A stretch of DNA of 64,000 nucleotides from Octopus vulgaris (lineage: Eukaryota): positions 1,736,001 through 1,800,000 of the forward strand of contig OX597842.1 in NCBI GenBank assembly GCA_951406725.2. Reading direction: 5' to 3'. The translations under genes were made by a program, and so were the position numbers. Of this stretch, positions 43,926 to 59,196 are shown in pieces (position 1 is the stretch's first letter; every line of letters begins with the position of its first letter). Under the pieces are notes generated by a model. The model saw nothing but the letters and a program-made list of their open reading frames with translations. It had not been told where the DNA came from and ran no database searches.

Positions 43926-44286
43926 CAGGTCTTGTATGAATATGGATGTATATGTAATTAAAATATTAAATCCAATATTTTACTCACAAATTTGCAGTTT
44001 TCGTATAGAAATATTGCAATTTATATGTTTACATTTTCATGCATGTATCGTCGTGGCGGCGTATCTGAGGGAAGTTATTTTTTTGTATATGTGTATATAT
44101 ATACTCCAGTTTCCTGAGATGGCTTACATTAGAACATAGCTTCCTTTGATTGTTCTTGCGGATTCTTAATTCCTGGTTCGTGATGGTTTCAGATTTGATC
44201 TAATCTTCCCGGCAGCTCGCTGTCACACATCCATGCTGCTTGCTCATTTATTTATCATTGATTCTCATTTATTTATTTAATTATTA

Positions 44287-44326
<40 letters not shown>

Positions 44327-45899
44327 CAAGCTGGCTGAATCATGCTTAGCAGCATTTTGTCTTCACATTCATCATCATCATCATCATTTAATATCCGTTG
44401 TCTATGCTGGCATGGGTTGGATGGTTTGGCTAGGGTTGGTAAGCTGGAAGGCTGCACCAGACTCTAGTCTGATTTGGCATGGTTTTCTGTCACTGGATGC
44501 CCTTCCTAATGCCAATCACCTTGAGAGTGTAATGTGTGCTTCTACGTACCACTGGTATGGGTGCCATTTGCGTGACACCAGTATCTGCCACAGCTACAAT
44601 TTTGCTTGGCTTGATGAGTCTTCTTTTCAAGTACAACCTAATGCCAAAGGTGTTGGTTCCTGCCTTATGCTGAGTTCAAATTCTGCTGAGGTTACCTTTA
44701 CCTTTCATCCCTCTCTGGGTCAATAAAATAAGTACCTGTTAAGTACAGGTGTTGATGTAATTGACTTACTTCTCCCACTAATTGCTAGTCTTGTGCCAAA
44801 ATTTGAAACAGTATTATATTGATTTTGATGGTGATGATGATGATTGGTGTTGGTTGCCCAAATCTCAGAAGTGATGCTGTTCAGATAAGGGTAACTTAAA
44901 TTATTTGTGTTTATTATGTTGTTCATGATGTTTTTGAGACAAGAGTAACTTACTTTCACATTATATTTTTAAAGTTATTTGTGAAGTTATTAAGGCAAAA
45001 GCAACTTCCTTGCTTTCATGTTTGTGTTTTCTATTTGTGATTTTGTCTGGACAAAAGCTAGTTAACTTTCATGTTGTTTAAGTTTGTTATGCTGTTTGTG
45101 ATGTTCTCCAGATGAGAGCAACTTACTTTTGTATCATTAGTGTTTGTTATGTAGTAAGTGTTTATACTGTTTGAGATGTTGTTCAGACAAAAGTAACTTA
45201 CTTTTATGTTGTTTGTATTAAAAGTTTGCAGTGTTTAAACATGGTCAGCAAATGAGATGTTAAATACAAACAGACAATTTCTGGTTATGCCTGAAGCTCC
45301 ATTCCTGTTAAAAGGTTCAGCTGAAACAAATTATTTTTCTCTTCCTGGATTCCCGGTTCTGCTATTGTCTATGGATGGGTGGGAATGGGGATGGGTGACC
45401 ATCACCATAACTTGCACTTGTCATTCACCACTCAGCCACCTACCTGCCTTCTACTTGAGGCAAAGTCTGTGTTTGAGGTTCTGATTTGTTTAAATGATAA
45501 AAACTGTGTGGTTGTCACTGGGTCTCCACCGAATTTACTGGCTGGCTGACTCGGCAACAATACCTGGCAGCCAGCCTTCTGACTGAAAGCATAGCTGGTT
45601 CTCATCCTGTCAACAGCACTACATCCAGTTATGTTGTGACAATGACTCCAACTGCACAACAATGCCATCAGAACAACAACATTATCATTAGCGTCACCAT
45701 CGGATACCAACGACAAAAGCACAGCCACCAACGCCAGCACCATTGCTACTGACAATGGCGCCAAAAGCATGGAAGACACCTCACCACTACCTAATCTTCA
45801 TTGTCTTACCAACACCACTGCCACCTCCACCACTACCTTAAGCAATATAATCACCCATCACTGCTGACACCACCAACAGTCATCATCATTACCACAAGT

Positions 45900-46870
45900 G
45901 CAAACACCACCACCATCACAACTACCATCCCCACCACAATGATGACGACCACTATCACTACTATGACCATCACCACTACCACCTCAACCACCACCATCAC
46001 CATAACTACCATCATTACCACTGCTACTACTACCATCACCAACAGTATCAGCACCACTACCACCACCATCACCAAAAGTATCCACCACTACCACCACCAA
46101 CAGTATCACCACAACTACCACCACCATCACAACTACCATCCCCACCACAATGATGACGACCACCATCACTACTATGACCATCATCACCACTACCACCTCA
46201 ACCACCACCATCACCATAACTACCATCATTACCACTGCTACTACTACCATCACCAACAGTATCAGCACCACTACCACCACCATCACCAAAAGTATCCACC
46301 ACTACCACCACCAACAGTATCACCACAACTACCACCACCATCACAACTACCATCCCCACCACAATGATGACGACCACTATCACTACTATGACCATCACCA
46401 CTACCACCTCAACCACCACCATCACCATAACTACCATCATTACCACTGCTACTACTACCATCACCAACAGTATCAGCACCACTACCACCACCATCACCAA
46501 AAGTATCCACCACTACCACCACCAACAGTATCACCACAACTACCACCACCATCACAACTACCATCCCCACCACAATGATGACGACCACCATCACTACTAT
46601 GACCATCACCACTACCACCTCAACACCACCATCACCATAACTACCATCATTACCACTGCTACTACTACCATCACCAACAGTATCAGCACCACTACCACCA
46701 CCATCACCAAAAGTATCCACCACTACCACCACCACCACCATCACCACAACTACCACCACCATCACAACTACCATCCCCACCACAATGATGACGACCACCA
46801 TCACTACTATGACCATCACCACTACCACCTCAACCACCACCATCACCATAACTACCCTCATCACCATTGC
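45900..46870. repeat. Higher-order ~212-bp tandem repeat built from CAC/CAT/TAC triplets (~4.5 copies)
   Basis: Marker cccaccacaatgatgacgac recurs at ~45930, 46141, 46355, 46566 and 46776. Confidence 0.9.
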
Positions 46871-47550
46871 CACTACTACCATCACCATCACCACCACAAT
46901 GATGATGCCGACGACCACCATCACTACTACGACCATCATCACCTACCACCTCAACCATCACCACCGCCACTACTACCATCACCAACACTATCACCACAAC
47001 TACCACCACCACCATGGCCATCATCAACATCACAACTACCACCATCATCACCACTACCACCATGACCACTACCACTATTACCACCATCACAACCATCACC
47101 ATCACCACGGCCATCATCACCACCACCACAACAACTATCACCATCACCATCACCATCACCATCACCATCACCAGCACCATCACTCCTGTGATGACACCGA
47201 CATTCACCCCCCCACTCCACCCCCCACCACCATAATAATCATCACTAACAATAACAATAACAACAACAATACCACCATCACCACAGCTCACCTTTCCCAC
47301 CCCCACCTTAAACACTGTGCCACCCTCCCCTTATTGCCAACACCACTAGCTGCTCTCTTACATTATATCATCATCACCACTACCACCGATATTGGTGCCA
47401 AGACCACCACCACCATCACCACTTACAACCACCCTCCCCACCATTATATCCGCCACCATCACCACCACCACCACCACCACCACTATGGTCTCTCTGCTGA
47501 CAGATGACAGTGTCAGATGACCCATTGATGTGAAAGTAGGAACCACTGAC

Positions 47551-47596
<46 letters not shown>

Positions 47597-47784
47597 GCAT
47601 GAACATGCACACACATTCACTCAGGCAATTAACAAATACACGGATACATGTAGACATATATATAAATCAACTGTTCTGACACACACGCCGATGGAAATAT
47701 ACATGTAATAGTAATGTTCATACATTCACACATGTATATCTGCATACACATAGGCAGGTGTGTGTGTGTGTGTGTGTGTGTATG

Positions 47785-47832
<48 letters not shown>

Positions 47833-47890
47833 TAGATAGTTGGATAGATAGATAGACAGACAGATAGGCAGATAGATGGATGGATGGATG

Positions 47891-47931
<41 letters not shown>

Positions 47932-48019
47932 GCAGACAGACAGACAGACAGACAAAGAGATGTAGGCAGATAGATAGATAGATAGATAGGCAGAGAGGCA
48001 GACAGACAGAGAGATAGAC

Positions 48020-48075
<56 letters not shown>

Positions 48076-48312
48076 GAGATGGATAGATAGATAGATAGAC
48101 AGACAAAGATAGATAGATAGATAGATAGATAGACAGACAAAGATAGATGGATAGATAGATAGACAGACAGACAAAGATAGATAGATAGATAGATAGATAG
48201 ACAGACAGACAAAGATAGATAGATAGACAGACAGACAGAAAGATAGATAGATAGATAAATAGATAGATAGAGAGAGAGAGAGAAAGAGAGAGACAGACAG
48301 ACAGACAAAGAG

Positions 48313-48343
<31 letters not shown>

Positions 48344-48364
48344 CAGATAGGTAGATAGATAGAT

Positions 48365-48397
<33 letters not shown>

Positions 48398-49560
48398 GCG
48401 AGAGATAGATAGATAGACTGTAAACAAACCAACACTCGTTTCAAGTTGTGGTAGTTGACAAACACAAAGACACACACAAACAAAGAAGCTTGTTTCTCAA
48501 CCACATAGTTCCAGGTTCAATCCCATCGCATGGAACCTTGAACATGTGTCTTCCACTCTATCCTCAAGCCAATCAAAGCATTTGTAGACGGAAACTGAAA
48601 GAAGCCCATCACACACACACACACACACACATATATATGTATGTGTGTGTGTGTCTCTGTTTGTCCCCCCAGTATCGCTTGACAACCGATAGAATAAGTA
48701 CTAGGCTTACAAAGAAAAAATCCTGGAGTCAGTTTCTTCAGCTAAAGTCCTTTAAGGCAGTGCTCCAGCATGGCCACAATCAAATGACAAACTAGTAAAA
48801 GAGAAAAACAAAAGAATAAACAACAGGCTTCTTTCAGTTTCCATCCACCAATTCCACTCACAAGTTTTTGGTCATCCCAGTGCTATAGTAGAAGACATTT
48901 GGTAAGGTACCACGGAGTGGGACTGAACCAAGAACCATGGAGTTGGGAAGCCAACTTTTTACCACACAGTCATATCTGTGTCTAGCCATTGATGGGAGGG
49001 TATACATATGCAATGGGATTCATTCAGTTTCCATCTGCAAAATATATGTGTGTGTGTGTGTGAATGTGTGTGTGTGTGTGTATGTGTGTGTTTCTGGGTT
49101 AGTTCCCTCCACTGATATATTATATAAGGGTGGCTGAAAACTTGTGAAGTATGTGGGGGCTAAGTGGTTAATTCCCTTATCATCTCTGACCCCACTTTTT
49201 GAGGAGTTTCTGTTCTGTATATCTGAAATGGAATACTTACATAACAGCGCTGTATGGTGAATTTAGAAATGTTTAGATAATTTCATGTTTCTCGAACGTT
49301 AACCTTTAAAAGGGTCTTTTCAGAGTGTGGTAGGGGGTTGTGGGGGGCAAAGAAGGGGTCTCTATATTTTGTGGTGATGGTGGCGTTGGGTGACTGGGTT
49401 GGTGGTTAGGAGTTGGGGCTGTTGAGAAGGAGGTCCCTGGTAAACAAACATGACATGCAGTTGTGATTTGACATTTGTTTAGGTACCTGGGTATGTGTGT
49501 TTGAATCTGTGTATATACACATGTACAAATATGTGTATATATGTTTATATACACACATAC

Positions 49561-49648
<88 letters not shown>

Positions 49649-50184
49649 GCACACACACTCAAACATACATACAGATATGTCTCAACAGACATACATAAGT
49701 TATATGTGAAAATATGTTTGCGTGGGAGTGAATCAGAATGTGTGTGTGTATATATATATATATATATCTTTCTCTTTCACTTGTTTCAGTCATTTGACTG
49801 CGGCCATGCTGGAGCACCGCCTTTAGTCGAGCAAATTGACACCGGGACTTATTCTTTGTAAGCTCAGTACTTATTCTATCGGTCTATTTTGCCAAACGGC
49901 TAAGTGACGGAGACGTAAACACACCAGCATCGGTTGTCAAGCAATGCTAGGGGGACAAACACACACACACAAACACACACATACGTATATATATATATAC
50001 ATATATACGACAGGCTTCTTTCAGTTTCCGTCTACCAAATCCACTCACAAGGCATTGGTCGGCCCGGGGCTATAGGTGAAGACACTTGCCCAAGGTGCCA
50101 TGCAGTGGGACTGAACCCGGAACCATGTGGTTAGTTAGCAAGCTACTTACCACACAGCCACTCCTGCACCTATATATATATATA

Positions 50185-51076
50185 TTGGGTTGGCAACTAA
50201 GTTCCCGCTGTTTTTCTAAATTTAAATTTTTTAAAAGGTTTAATAAAAAATAACAACTAATTAATCAGTAATGTATTCCACCCTTGTGGTTTACAACTTC
50301 TTCCCAACATTCAACAAGGTTTTCAATATCTTGTTGGTAGAAATCACCCGATTTCAACTAAAAAAATTGATCCAACTAAGCTCTCAATTCTGCATCAGCA
50401 TTGAAAGAGATGGAAATCTGTTGGTGCCAAATCAGGAGAGTACGGCGTGTGTGGCAGCACTTCCCAGCCATGCGTTTGAATGTTTTCCTTGGTCATATTG
50501 TCGATATGAGTTTGGGTGTTGTCGTGCAGCAGAAGAACTCGAAGCTGCCAATTAGGTCTTTTCTCTTAAATAGCCGTGTTGAGTCGCTCCATCTGTTGAA
50601 CATAAATTTCCACATTGACCGTTAGGTTCTGTTCAAACAATTCATAATGGATAATCCCTTCCCAGTCCCACCATACGCATGACATCATTATATGCAAATG
50701 AAGATCTTGTTTCATGCACAGTGTCGCTAGTTTACCAGCGCTAAGCCAATTCTTATGCTGCTTCATATTGATGTACAGGCACCATTTTTCATCGCCAGTA
50801 ATGATTCGGTAAAGAAATCATTTGGTTGTGTCTATGAGTCGAGCAGTGACGAGCAAGCAAACCAACAGAGATTGTGGCTTGTTGATTTTTGTTGTTGTCA
50901 CTTAAAGCATGCGGAACCCATGCTCCATACTTCTGAAACTTTCCCATTGAGTGAAGATGCTTCTCTATAGCAGTGTGGGAGCATTCCATTTTCTCTGCCA
51001 GTTCCTTTGTTGTTTGATGAGAATTTTCGTGCAAAAGTTGGTTTAATCGCTCTTCATGCCTTCCAAATCCCCTCAC
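50185..51076 (-). mobile_element. Mariner transposon remnant (DD34D transposase pseudogene)
   Basis: TA then TIR TTGGGTTGGCAACTAAGT. Motifs WVPHAL, IITGDEKW, CVWWDWEGIIHYE, LLHDN, PYSPDLAPTDFHLF, with stops and frameshifts. Confidence 0.92.
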
Positions 51077-51140
51077 AAGACACTTGCCCTAGATGCCACA
51101 CATTAGGACCGAATCCGGTACCTTATGGTTAGGAAGCAAG

Positions 51141-51178
<38 letters not shown>

Positions 51179-52237
51179 CGCAGGAGTGGCTGTGTGGAAA
51201 GTAGCTTGCTAACCAACCACATGGTTCCAGGTTCAGTCCCACTGCGTGGCACCTTGGGCAAGTGTCTTCTGCTATAGCTCCGGGCCGACCAATGCCTTGT
51301 GAGTGGATTTGGTAGACGGAAACTGAAAGAAGCCTGTTGTATATATGCATATATATATATGTATGTGTGTGCTTGTGTGTCTGTGTTTGTCCCCCTAGCA
51401 TTGCTTGACAACCAGTGCTGGTGTGTTTACGTCTCCGTCACTTAGCGATTCGGCAAAAGAGACCGATAGAATAAGTACTGGGCTTACAAAGAATAAATCC
51501 CAGGTTCGATTTGCTCGACTAAAAGGCGGTGCTCCAGCATGGCCACAGTCAAATGACTGGAACAAGTAAAAGAGTAAAGAAAAGAGAGTATATGTATATA
51601 CAGTGCGTACGTATTAATATATGTGTGTGTGTGTGTAGGTATATATATATATATATATATATATAATTATAATCAGGGGTCATCTAATTGCTTCACCACA
51701 CACCGAATTTAGAAATAGAAGTGAAAAGGCCTTTTCTGCTACCTGTATATACATATATATATATGTATATTATCATCATCATCATCGTTTAATATCACCT
51801 TTCCATGTTGGCATGGGTTGGACGGTTTGACTGAGGGCTTGTGAACCAGATGGCTGCACCAGGCTCCAATCTTGATCTGGCAGTGTTTCTACAGCTGGAT
51901 GCCCTTCCTAACGCCAACCACTCTGAGAGTGTAGTGGGTGCTTTTACGTGCCACCAGCATGAAGGCTAGTCAGACAGTACTTGTAATGGCCACGCTCAAA
52001 AGTTGTTCTTTACCTACTACCTGCACGGGAGCCAGTCCTGCGGCACTGGCAATGACCTCGCTTGAATGTTTTACGTGCCACCAGCACAAGTGCCAGTAGG
52101 GCGATGCTGATAAGGGTCAATCATGCTTGAATGGTGCATTTTACATGCCACTGGCACAGATGCCAGTCAGCGGCCCTGGCAATAATCATGCTCAGATGGT
52201 GCTCTTAGTGCTCCACTTGCACATATATATGTATATG

Positions 52238-52311
<74 letters not shown>

Positions 52312-53234
52312 TGTCTGTGTGTATGTGTAAATATGTATTTATGTATTTGTGTGTGTGCAATATGTAAACACATATATATGGTGTGTGTATATATACTCTT
52401 TTTACTCTTTTACTTGTTTCAGTCATTTGACTGCGGCCATGCTGCAGCACGCCTTTAGTCGAGCAAATCGAACCCGGGACTTATTCTTTGTAAGCCTAGT
52501 ACTTGAGAGAGAGCATGGCGAGGCCTTTGTCCCACAGTGGACTGAACATGGGTAATCCAATCTAATCCATTGTTATATAGAGAGATAAACACAGAGAGAG
52601 AAAGAGATAGATAGATAGATATGTACATGCATAGGCAGTTAGATGGAAATCTAGGTAGATAGAGGGATATGTAAATTGGTAGATTGACAGGTAGATAGAT
52701 AAATATATAATTAGGCATTGGTCGGCCCAGGGCTGTAGCAGAAGACACTTGCCCAAGATGCCACGCAGTGGGACTGAACCCGGAACCATGTGGTTGGTAA
52801 GCAAGCTACTTACCACACAGCCACTCCTACGCCTATATATATATATATATATAAAACTCACATGAAATGGAAGATGAAGGCAGGTGAGGGAACATTGAGC
52901 AGGTGTATTCTTATAAATGTCACCAAATTATGATCTTGCTGCATTTTTCAAACAGCAATTCTTGTTGTAATCTTTCCATCCATCCTTCCATACTTCCTTC
53001 CACATTCTCACACTTGCCATCTTCCTTTATCGCTTACGTGATTCCATACATGTAACCTGTCGATATGTGTAGCAAAACTTGTTGGTGTTGCAGGCAGAAT
53101 GAAGTGGGGGTATGTGGCTGGAGGGGTGGGGTGGGGGAAGAAAAACCTAAGAAAACAATAAATGAAGAAAAAACATGGAAAAAAGCAACATGTATGTGTG
53201 TATGTATATGTATGTCAGTGTATATCTATTTATC

Positions 53235-53279
<45 letters not shown>

Positions 53280-53410
53280 TCATATATATATGTATATGTA
53301 TTTTTATATATATATATGTACATATATATGTATATACATATTACTGAATATACATACTCACAAACACACTCATACATAAATTAATATTTATATATGTGAG
53401 TGTGTGTGTG

Positions 53411-53455
<45 letters not shown>

Positions 53456-53583
53456 ATATATAAGAATAAATATATATGTATATACATATCAATAAATGTA
53501 TGTGTGTGTGTGTATAGATAAAATTATATATATATATATGTATACATATATAAATAAATATATTTTTGCATACACACATGCAT

Positions 53584-53624
<41 letters not shown>

Positions 53625-54153
53625 TATGTACACTGTTCCTTTCAAATCTAAGGAAAGAAAGATTTAACACGCTGACATTTCGACAACTTGTCATCGGGTT
53701 TTCGACACAACAGGCGTCAAAGATGGTTAATTCGCTATAATTTCCAAGGTTCCTGAACTCCAACAGAACTCCACGGCTCTCTCACCGAAACAAAATCCAA
53801 ACGTCTTCCATTCGGAATTTGCTCTGTGAGTGATTAAGGCGCCGTTGTCATTTTTGTCAAGCAGGGATTATCCCCGCTTTGACAACGGATTCTTCATGGC
53901 CTGAATTTCTTAGAATTTCGTCTTCTCCATCCAAGGAGAGGAAGAAATTTGCACTTGTTCTTCTTTGGCAATTCGTGTTTATCCTGTTTAATTCCTTGCC
54001 ACTGGAGACTTCGGCCGCACCCCCTCCCTCCTCCCCACCTGCTCACTTCCCCTCTGGACTAACATGTACGGAATTGAGTTTAACATCTTGATCACGATCT
54101 TGTAATGTGAATGATATTATGAGGTGCAAGTTGGTGAACCCAGCATTATAAGC

Positions 54154-54184
<31 letters not shown>

Positions 54185-54576
54185 TGTTTACGTGTGCGTG
54201 CGTATGTTTCGAAGTGGGTATGTACATAGGTACATATTTACTTATCTGTGTATGTATGCCTGTGAATGTGTGTGTGTGTGGGTATATGTTGGCATAACTG
54301 TATGTATGTGTGTATGTATATATATATATATATACACACACACATACAGGTATATATATACAAGTATATATATGTGCGTGTATATGTGTGTGGTGCATAT
54401 ATCTATATATATATACATGTGTGTATAATTATATGTGTGTGTGCATATATATGTATACATGTATATGTGTGTATATGTGTAAGTATACATATATTTATGT
54501 ATATATATATATATATACATATATATGTATATGATTGAAACAAGGAAAAGATATAAGAAAATTAAAGCTATATACA

Positions 54577-54608
<32 letters not shown>

Positions 54609-54614
54609 CATGTG

Positions 54615-54649
<35 letters not shown>

Positions 54650-55041
54650 ACAGATATGTGTGTGTGTATATATATATATATATGCATGTGCTGAACAGAC
54701 ATGTCTGTGTGTTTGTATGTTTGTATCTCTATGTGTACTAGTAGACATTCACATCTGTTTTTCTAATCTGCACTATATTTAAGATAATCATTTATTAATT
54801 AACAAATGTTCAGCCAGAGAGAACACTTAAGCATGGGAAGAAAGTAGTTTGTTCATTTTTTGTGGCTCTTTATATTCTGATTTCAAATCCTGAGAGGGTC
54901 ATCTCAGGCTTTTGTCCTTTTGGTGTTGATAAAAATGAGGAACAAAATGAAGAACCAATTATGTGTGAGATTTGGTGGAGTTCACTAATCTTATCCCTTC
55001 GAAATTATTGACCTTGTATCTAAATGGTAAACAATATATCT

Positions 55042-55214
55042 AGGTGCAGGCATGGCTGTGTGATAAGAAGCTTGCTTCCCAACCACATGGTTCCGGGTTC
55101 AGTCCCACTGCGTGGCACCTTGGGCAAGTGTCTTCTACTATAGCCTCAGGCCGACCAAAGCCTTGTGAGTGGATTTGGTAGACGGAAACTGAAAAGAAGC
55201 CCGTCATATATATG

Positions 55215-55258
<44 letters not shown>

Positions 55259-56115
55259 TGTGTGTGTTTGTGTGTCTGTGTTTGTCCCCCTCGCATTGCT
55301 TGACAACCGATGCTGGTGTGTTTATGACTCCGTTACTTAGCAGCTCGGCAAAAGAGACTGATAGAATAAGTACTGGGCTTACAAAAGAATAAGTCTCGGG
55401 GTCTAGTTGCTCGATTAAAGGTGGTGCTCCAGCATGGCCGCAGTCAGATGACTGAAACAAGTAAAAGAGTAGGTGCAAGCATGGCTGTGTGATAAGATGC
55501 TTGCTTCCCAACCACAGGGTTCTGGGTTCAGACCCACTGCATGGCATCTTCTACTATAGCCTCAGGCCAACCAAAGCCTTCTGAGTGGATTTTGTAGAGG
55601 GAAATTGAAATAAGCCCATTGAGTATGTGTTTGTGTGTGTGTAAATAAACAGAGAGAGAATGAAAAACCTTTCGGAGTTAGCAGTCAATCATATATATAT
55701 ATATAGGCGCAGGATTGGCTGTGTGGTAAGTAGCTTGCTTACCAACCACATGGTTCCGGGTTCAGTCCCACTGCGTGGCATCTTGGGCAAGTGTCTTCTG
55801 CTATAGCCCTGGGCCGACCAATGCCTTGTGAGTGGATTTGGTAGACGGAAACTGAAAAGAAGCCTGTCGTATATATGTATATATATATATGTGTGTGTGT
55901 GTATATGTTTGTGTGTCTGTGTTTGTCCCCCCACCATCGCTTGACAACCGATGCTGGTGTGTTTACGTCCCCGTCACTTAGTGGTTCGGCAAAAAGAGAC
56001 CGATAGAATAAGTACTGGGCTTACAAAGAATAAGTCTCGGGGTCTAGTTGCTCGATTAAAGGTAGTGCTCCAGCATGGCCGCAGTCACATGACTGAAACA
56101 AGTAAAAGAGTAAAA
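55042..56115 (+). mobile_element. Cluster of three head-to-tail copies (full, partial, full) of the dominant SINE
   Basis: Heads at ~55042, ~55471 and ~55706; tails at ~55470 and ~56115. Confidence 0.85.
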
Positions 56116-56214
56116 TACATGTGTACGTATATATGATAAGAGAAGATTTGTGGTTGTAGTTGTCTTCTGACTGCTACCAGTTGTACCCTTAATTATTGGT
56201 AAAAATATATATAT

Positions 56215-56380
56215 GGAGGCGCAATGGCCTAGTGGTTAGGGCAGCGGACTTGCGGTCGGAGGATCGCGGTTTCGATTCCCAGACCGGGCGTTGTGTGTGT
56301 TTATTGAGCGAAAAAACACCTAAAAGCTCCACGAGGCTCCGGCCGGCGGTGGTGAGCCCTGCTGTACTCTTTCACCACTC
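56215..56380 (+). mobile_element. Second tRNA-derived SINE family
   Basis: GGAGGCGCAATGGCCTAGTGGTTAG (A box)...GGTTTCGATTCCC (B box). Other copies at 1-497 (-, interrupted by the dominant SINE), 29835-30020 (-) and 63075-63350 (+). Confidence 0.8.
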
Positions 56381-57346
56381 TAAAGGCGGTGCTCCAGCAT
56401 GGCCGCAGTCAAATGACTGAAACAAGTACAAAAAAAAAAAAAAAAAAAAATATATATGTGACAAACTTCTTCTAGTTTCCATCTACCAAATCCACTCCCA
56501 AGTCTTTGGTTAGTGCAAGGCTATCCTAGAAGACATTTGCCCAAAGTGCCACACAGTGGGACTGAACCCTGAACCATGTGGTTGGGAAGCAAGCTTCTTA
56601 CTACAAAGTTAAGGCATGTGGTTTAGTGGTTAGTGTATTCCGCTCACTATTGTAAAGTTGTGAGTTCAATTCCCAGTGACGTGTTATGTCCTTGAGCAAA
56701 CTTCTTATTTCTTTATTGCCCACAAGGGGCTAAACATAGAGGGGACAAACAAGGACAGACAAGGACATTAAGTCGATTACATCGACCCCAGTACGTAACT
56801 GGTACTCAATTTATTGACCTCGAACGGATGAAAGGCAAAGTCGACCTTGGTGGAATTTGAACTCAGAACATAACGGCAGACAAAATACCGCTAAGCATTT
56901 CACCCAGTGTGCTAACGTTTCTGCCACCTCGCCGCCTTCTTACCATACAGTCACACCTGCATGTATATATCTCTTTAGTCCTTAGTAGTATCAGCTCAAG
57001 AGCTGTGGCCATGCTGGAGCACCACCATTAAAAAGCAACGTTCAACCTTAATTGGTTTTCTAATCTTATTGGACTCTCATCAGAGGCGTCGATATGAATT
57101 TGAATAATCCCTAATCAGATCGTTATCCTTAATCTCCATTTCCTTGTGTAATGCTGCTATTTTGATGTCTATTAATTTTGGCCTGTATAAATATGTATGA
57201 ATATGCTGTTTATTGTTGATATTCACCTCTGTCTGACCCCAAATGTGAGGTGCTTCGATCACCCTGAAAATGCTTATGTAAGCTGTAAGCTCAAAACATT
57301 TTCAGAATATGTGTGTGCATTAGTGTATATGTTTGTATATATATAC

Positions 57347-57396
<50 letters not shown>

Positions 57397-57661
57397 ATAC
57401 ATATATATTCATTACACAATCACACACACACATATATATAAGTAGATAGAAGCAGAGATATATGTGAAAGTATGTATGCATCTATTTTTTACAGACACAG
57501 GCATTGCTGCATAGTGAAAACTTTTCTTCCCAATCACATGGTTCCAGGTTCAGTCCCACTGCATGGCACCTTGAGCGAGTGTCTTTTTCTATAGCCCTGG
57601 GCCAACTACAGTGTTTTAAGTGCATTTGTTAGAGGGAAACTGAAAGAAGCCCATCATATAC

Positions 57662-57712
<51 letters not shown>

Positions 57713-57853
57713 GTAAGTAGCTTGTTTACCAACCACATGGTTCCGGGTTCAGTCCCACTGCGTGGCACCTTGGGCAAGTGTCGTCTACTATAGCCTCGGG
57801 CCTAACAAACCTTGTGAGTGGATTTGGTAAACTGAAACTGAAAGAAGCCTGTC

Positions 57854-57892
<39 letters not shown>

Positions 57893-58413
57893 TGTGTATT
57901 TTTGTGTGTCTGTGTTTGTCCCCCCAACATCGCTTGACAACCGATGCTGGTGTGTTTATGTCCCCGTTACTTAGCAGTTCGGCAAAAGAGACTGATAGAA
58001 TAAGTACTGGGCTAACAGAAGAATAAGTCCCGGGGTCGAGTTGCTCGATTAAAGGTGGTGCTCCAGCATGACCGCAGTCAAATGACTGAAACAAGTAAAA
58101 GGGTAAAAGAGTTTCTATTTGTGGAGTGAGATCCCCTTTGAAAGGCCCCTGATATCTAAAAATAAAGGATTAACCCTTACAGTATACAAATTAGTGTGTG
58201 TGTGTGTGTGTGTGTATTTGTCCCCCAATATCGCTTGACAACTGATGCTGCTGAGTTTATGTCCCCTTAACTTAGCGGTTTGGCAAAAGAGCCCAATAGA
58301 ATAAGTACTAGACTTATAAAGAATAAGTCCTGAGGTTGATTTGCTCGATTAAATGTGGTGCTCCAGCATGGCCACAGTCAAATGACTGAAACAAGAGAAT
58401 ATATATGTGTGTG

Positions 58414-58448
<35 letters not shown>

Positions 58449-58490
58449 ATATGCACATACATACATACATATATCTATATGCATGTGTAT

Positions 58491-58521
<31 letters not shown>

Positions 58522-59196
58522 GTACGTATATATATATATATATATATATAATGTAATAAATAAAATATATGCATACATACAAACATATATGTATGTACCG
58601 ACATCTACATGTATATATACATGCATATATAAATATATATATACGTACAGGACACTACAAGAAAACGTAAAAATCAACAGAATCGAAAACGGAAAAGCCA
58701 TTTGTTACAACAGAGATGTGGAACAAGACGAAACGAAAACGCGAAAAACAATTATGTGCAGCAGAAAAGCGAAGTACAGGACATGCTACACAAGGAAAAA
58801 TCCCCTTCATCAGCTGTCGCTAGCAGACACGTGTTTCGAAGGCAGAGACAGAACACGTATGGCCATGCTAGGCCTTCCTACGAGAGAATTAAAATAAAAT
58901 ATCCTCGTAGAGGGGTGTAAAACGAGCAAGAAAAAAATGTAACACAAAAAGGGACGTAACTAAGAACTGCACAAAAAAATACATACAAGAAAAACATAAT
59001 ACAAAATTAAAGATACATGTACAAGAAAATATATAACGAGAATTAAATTACAATATGATATATATGTACGTATATATATATCTATATGCATGTGTATTGT
59101 GTGTGTATATATATATATACACATACACACATGCATATTAATCAATGGTTTTCATGTTTTATTATTTGCAATTTTTACAATTTTGCAATAATATAG

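Noticed and set aside
45801-47507. Mucin-like or His-rich repeat ORFs
   Set aside because: Unit lengths of 210-214 bp shift frame between copies, which is inconsistent with coding constraint.
56215-56290. tRNA-like sequence with A and B boxes
   Set aside because: Continues into a SINE body shared with other copies and lacks a clean acceptor stem and terminator; a SINE head, not a tRNA gene.
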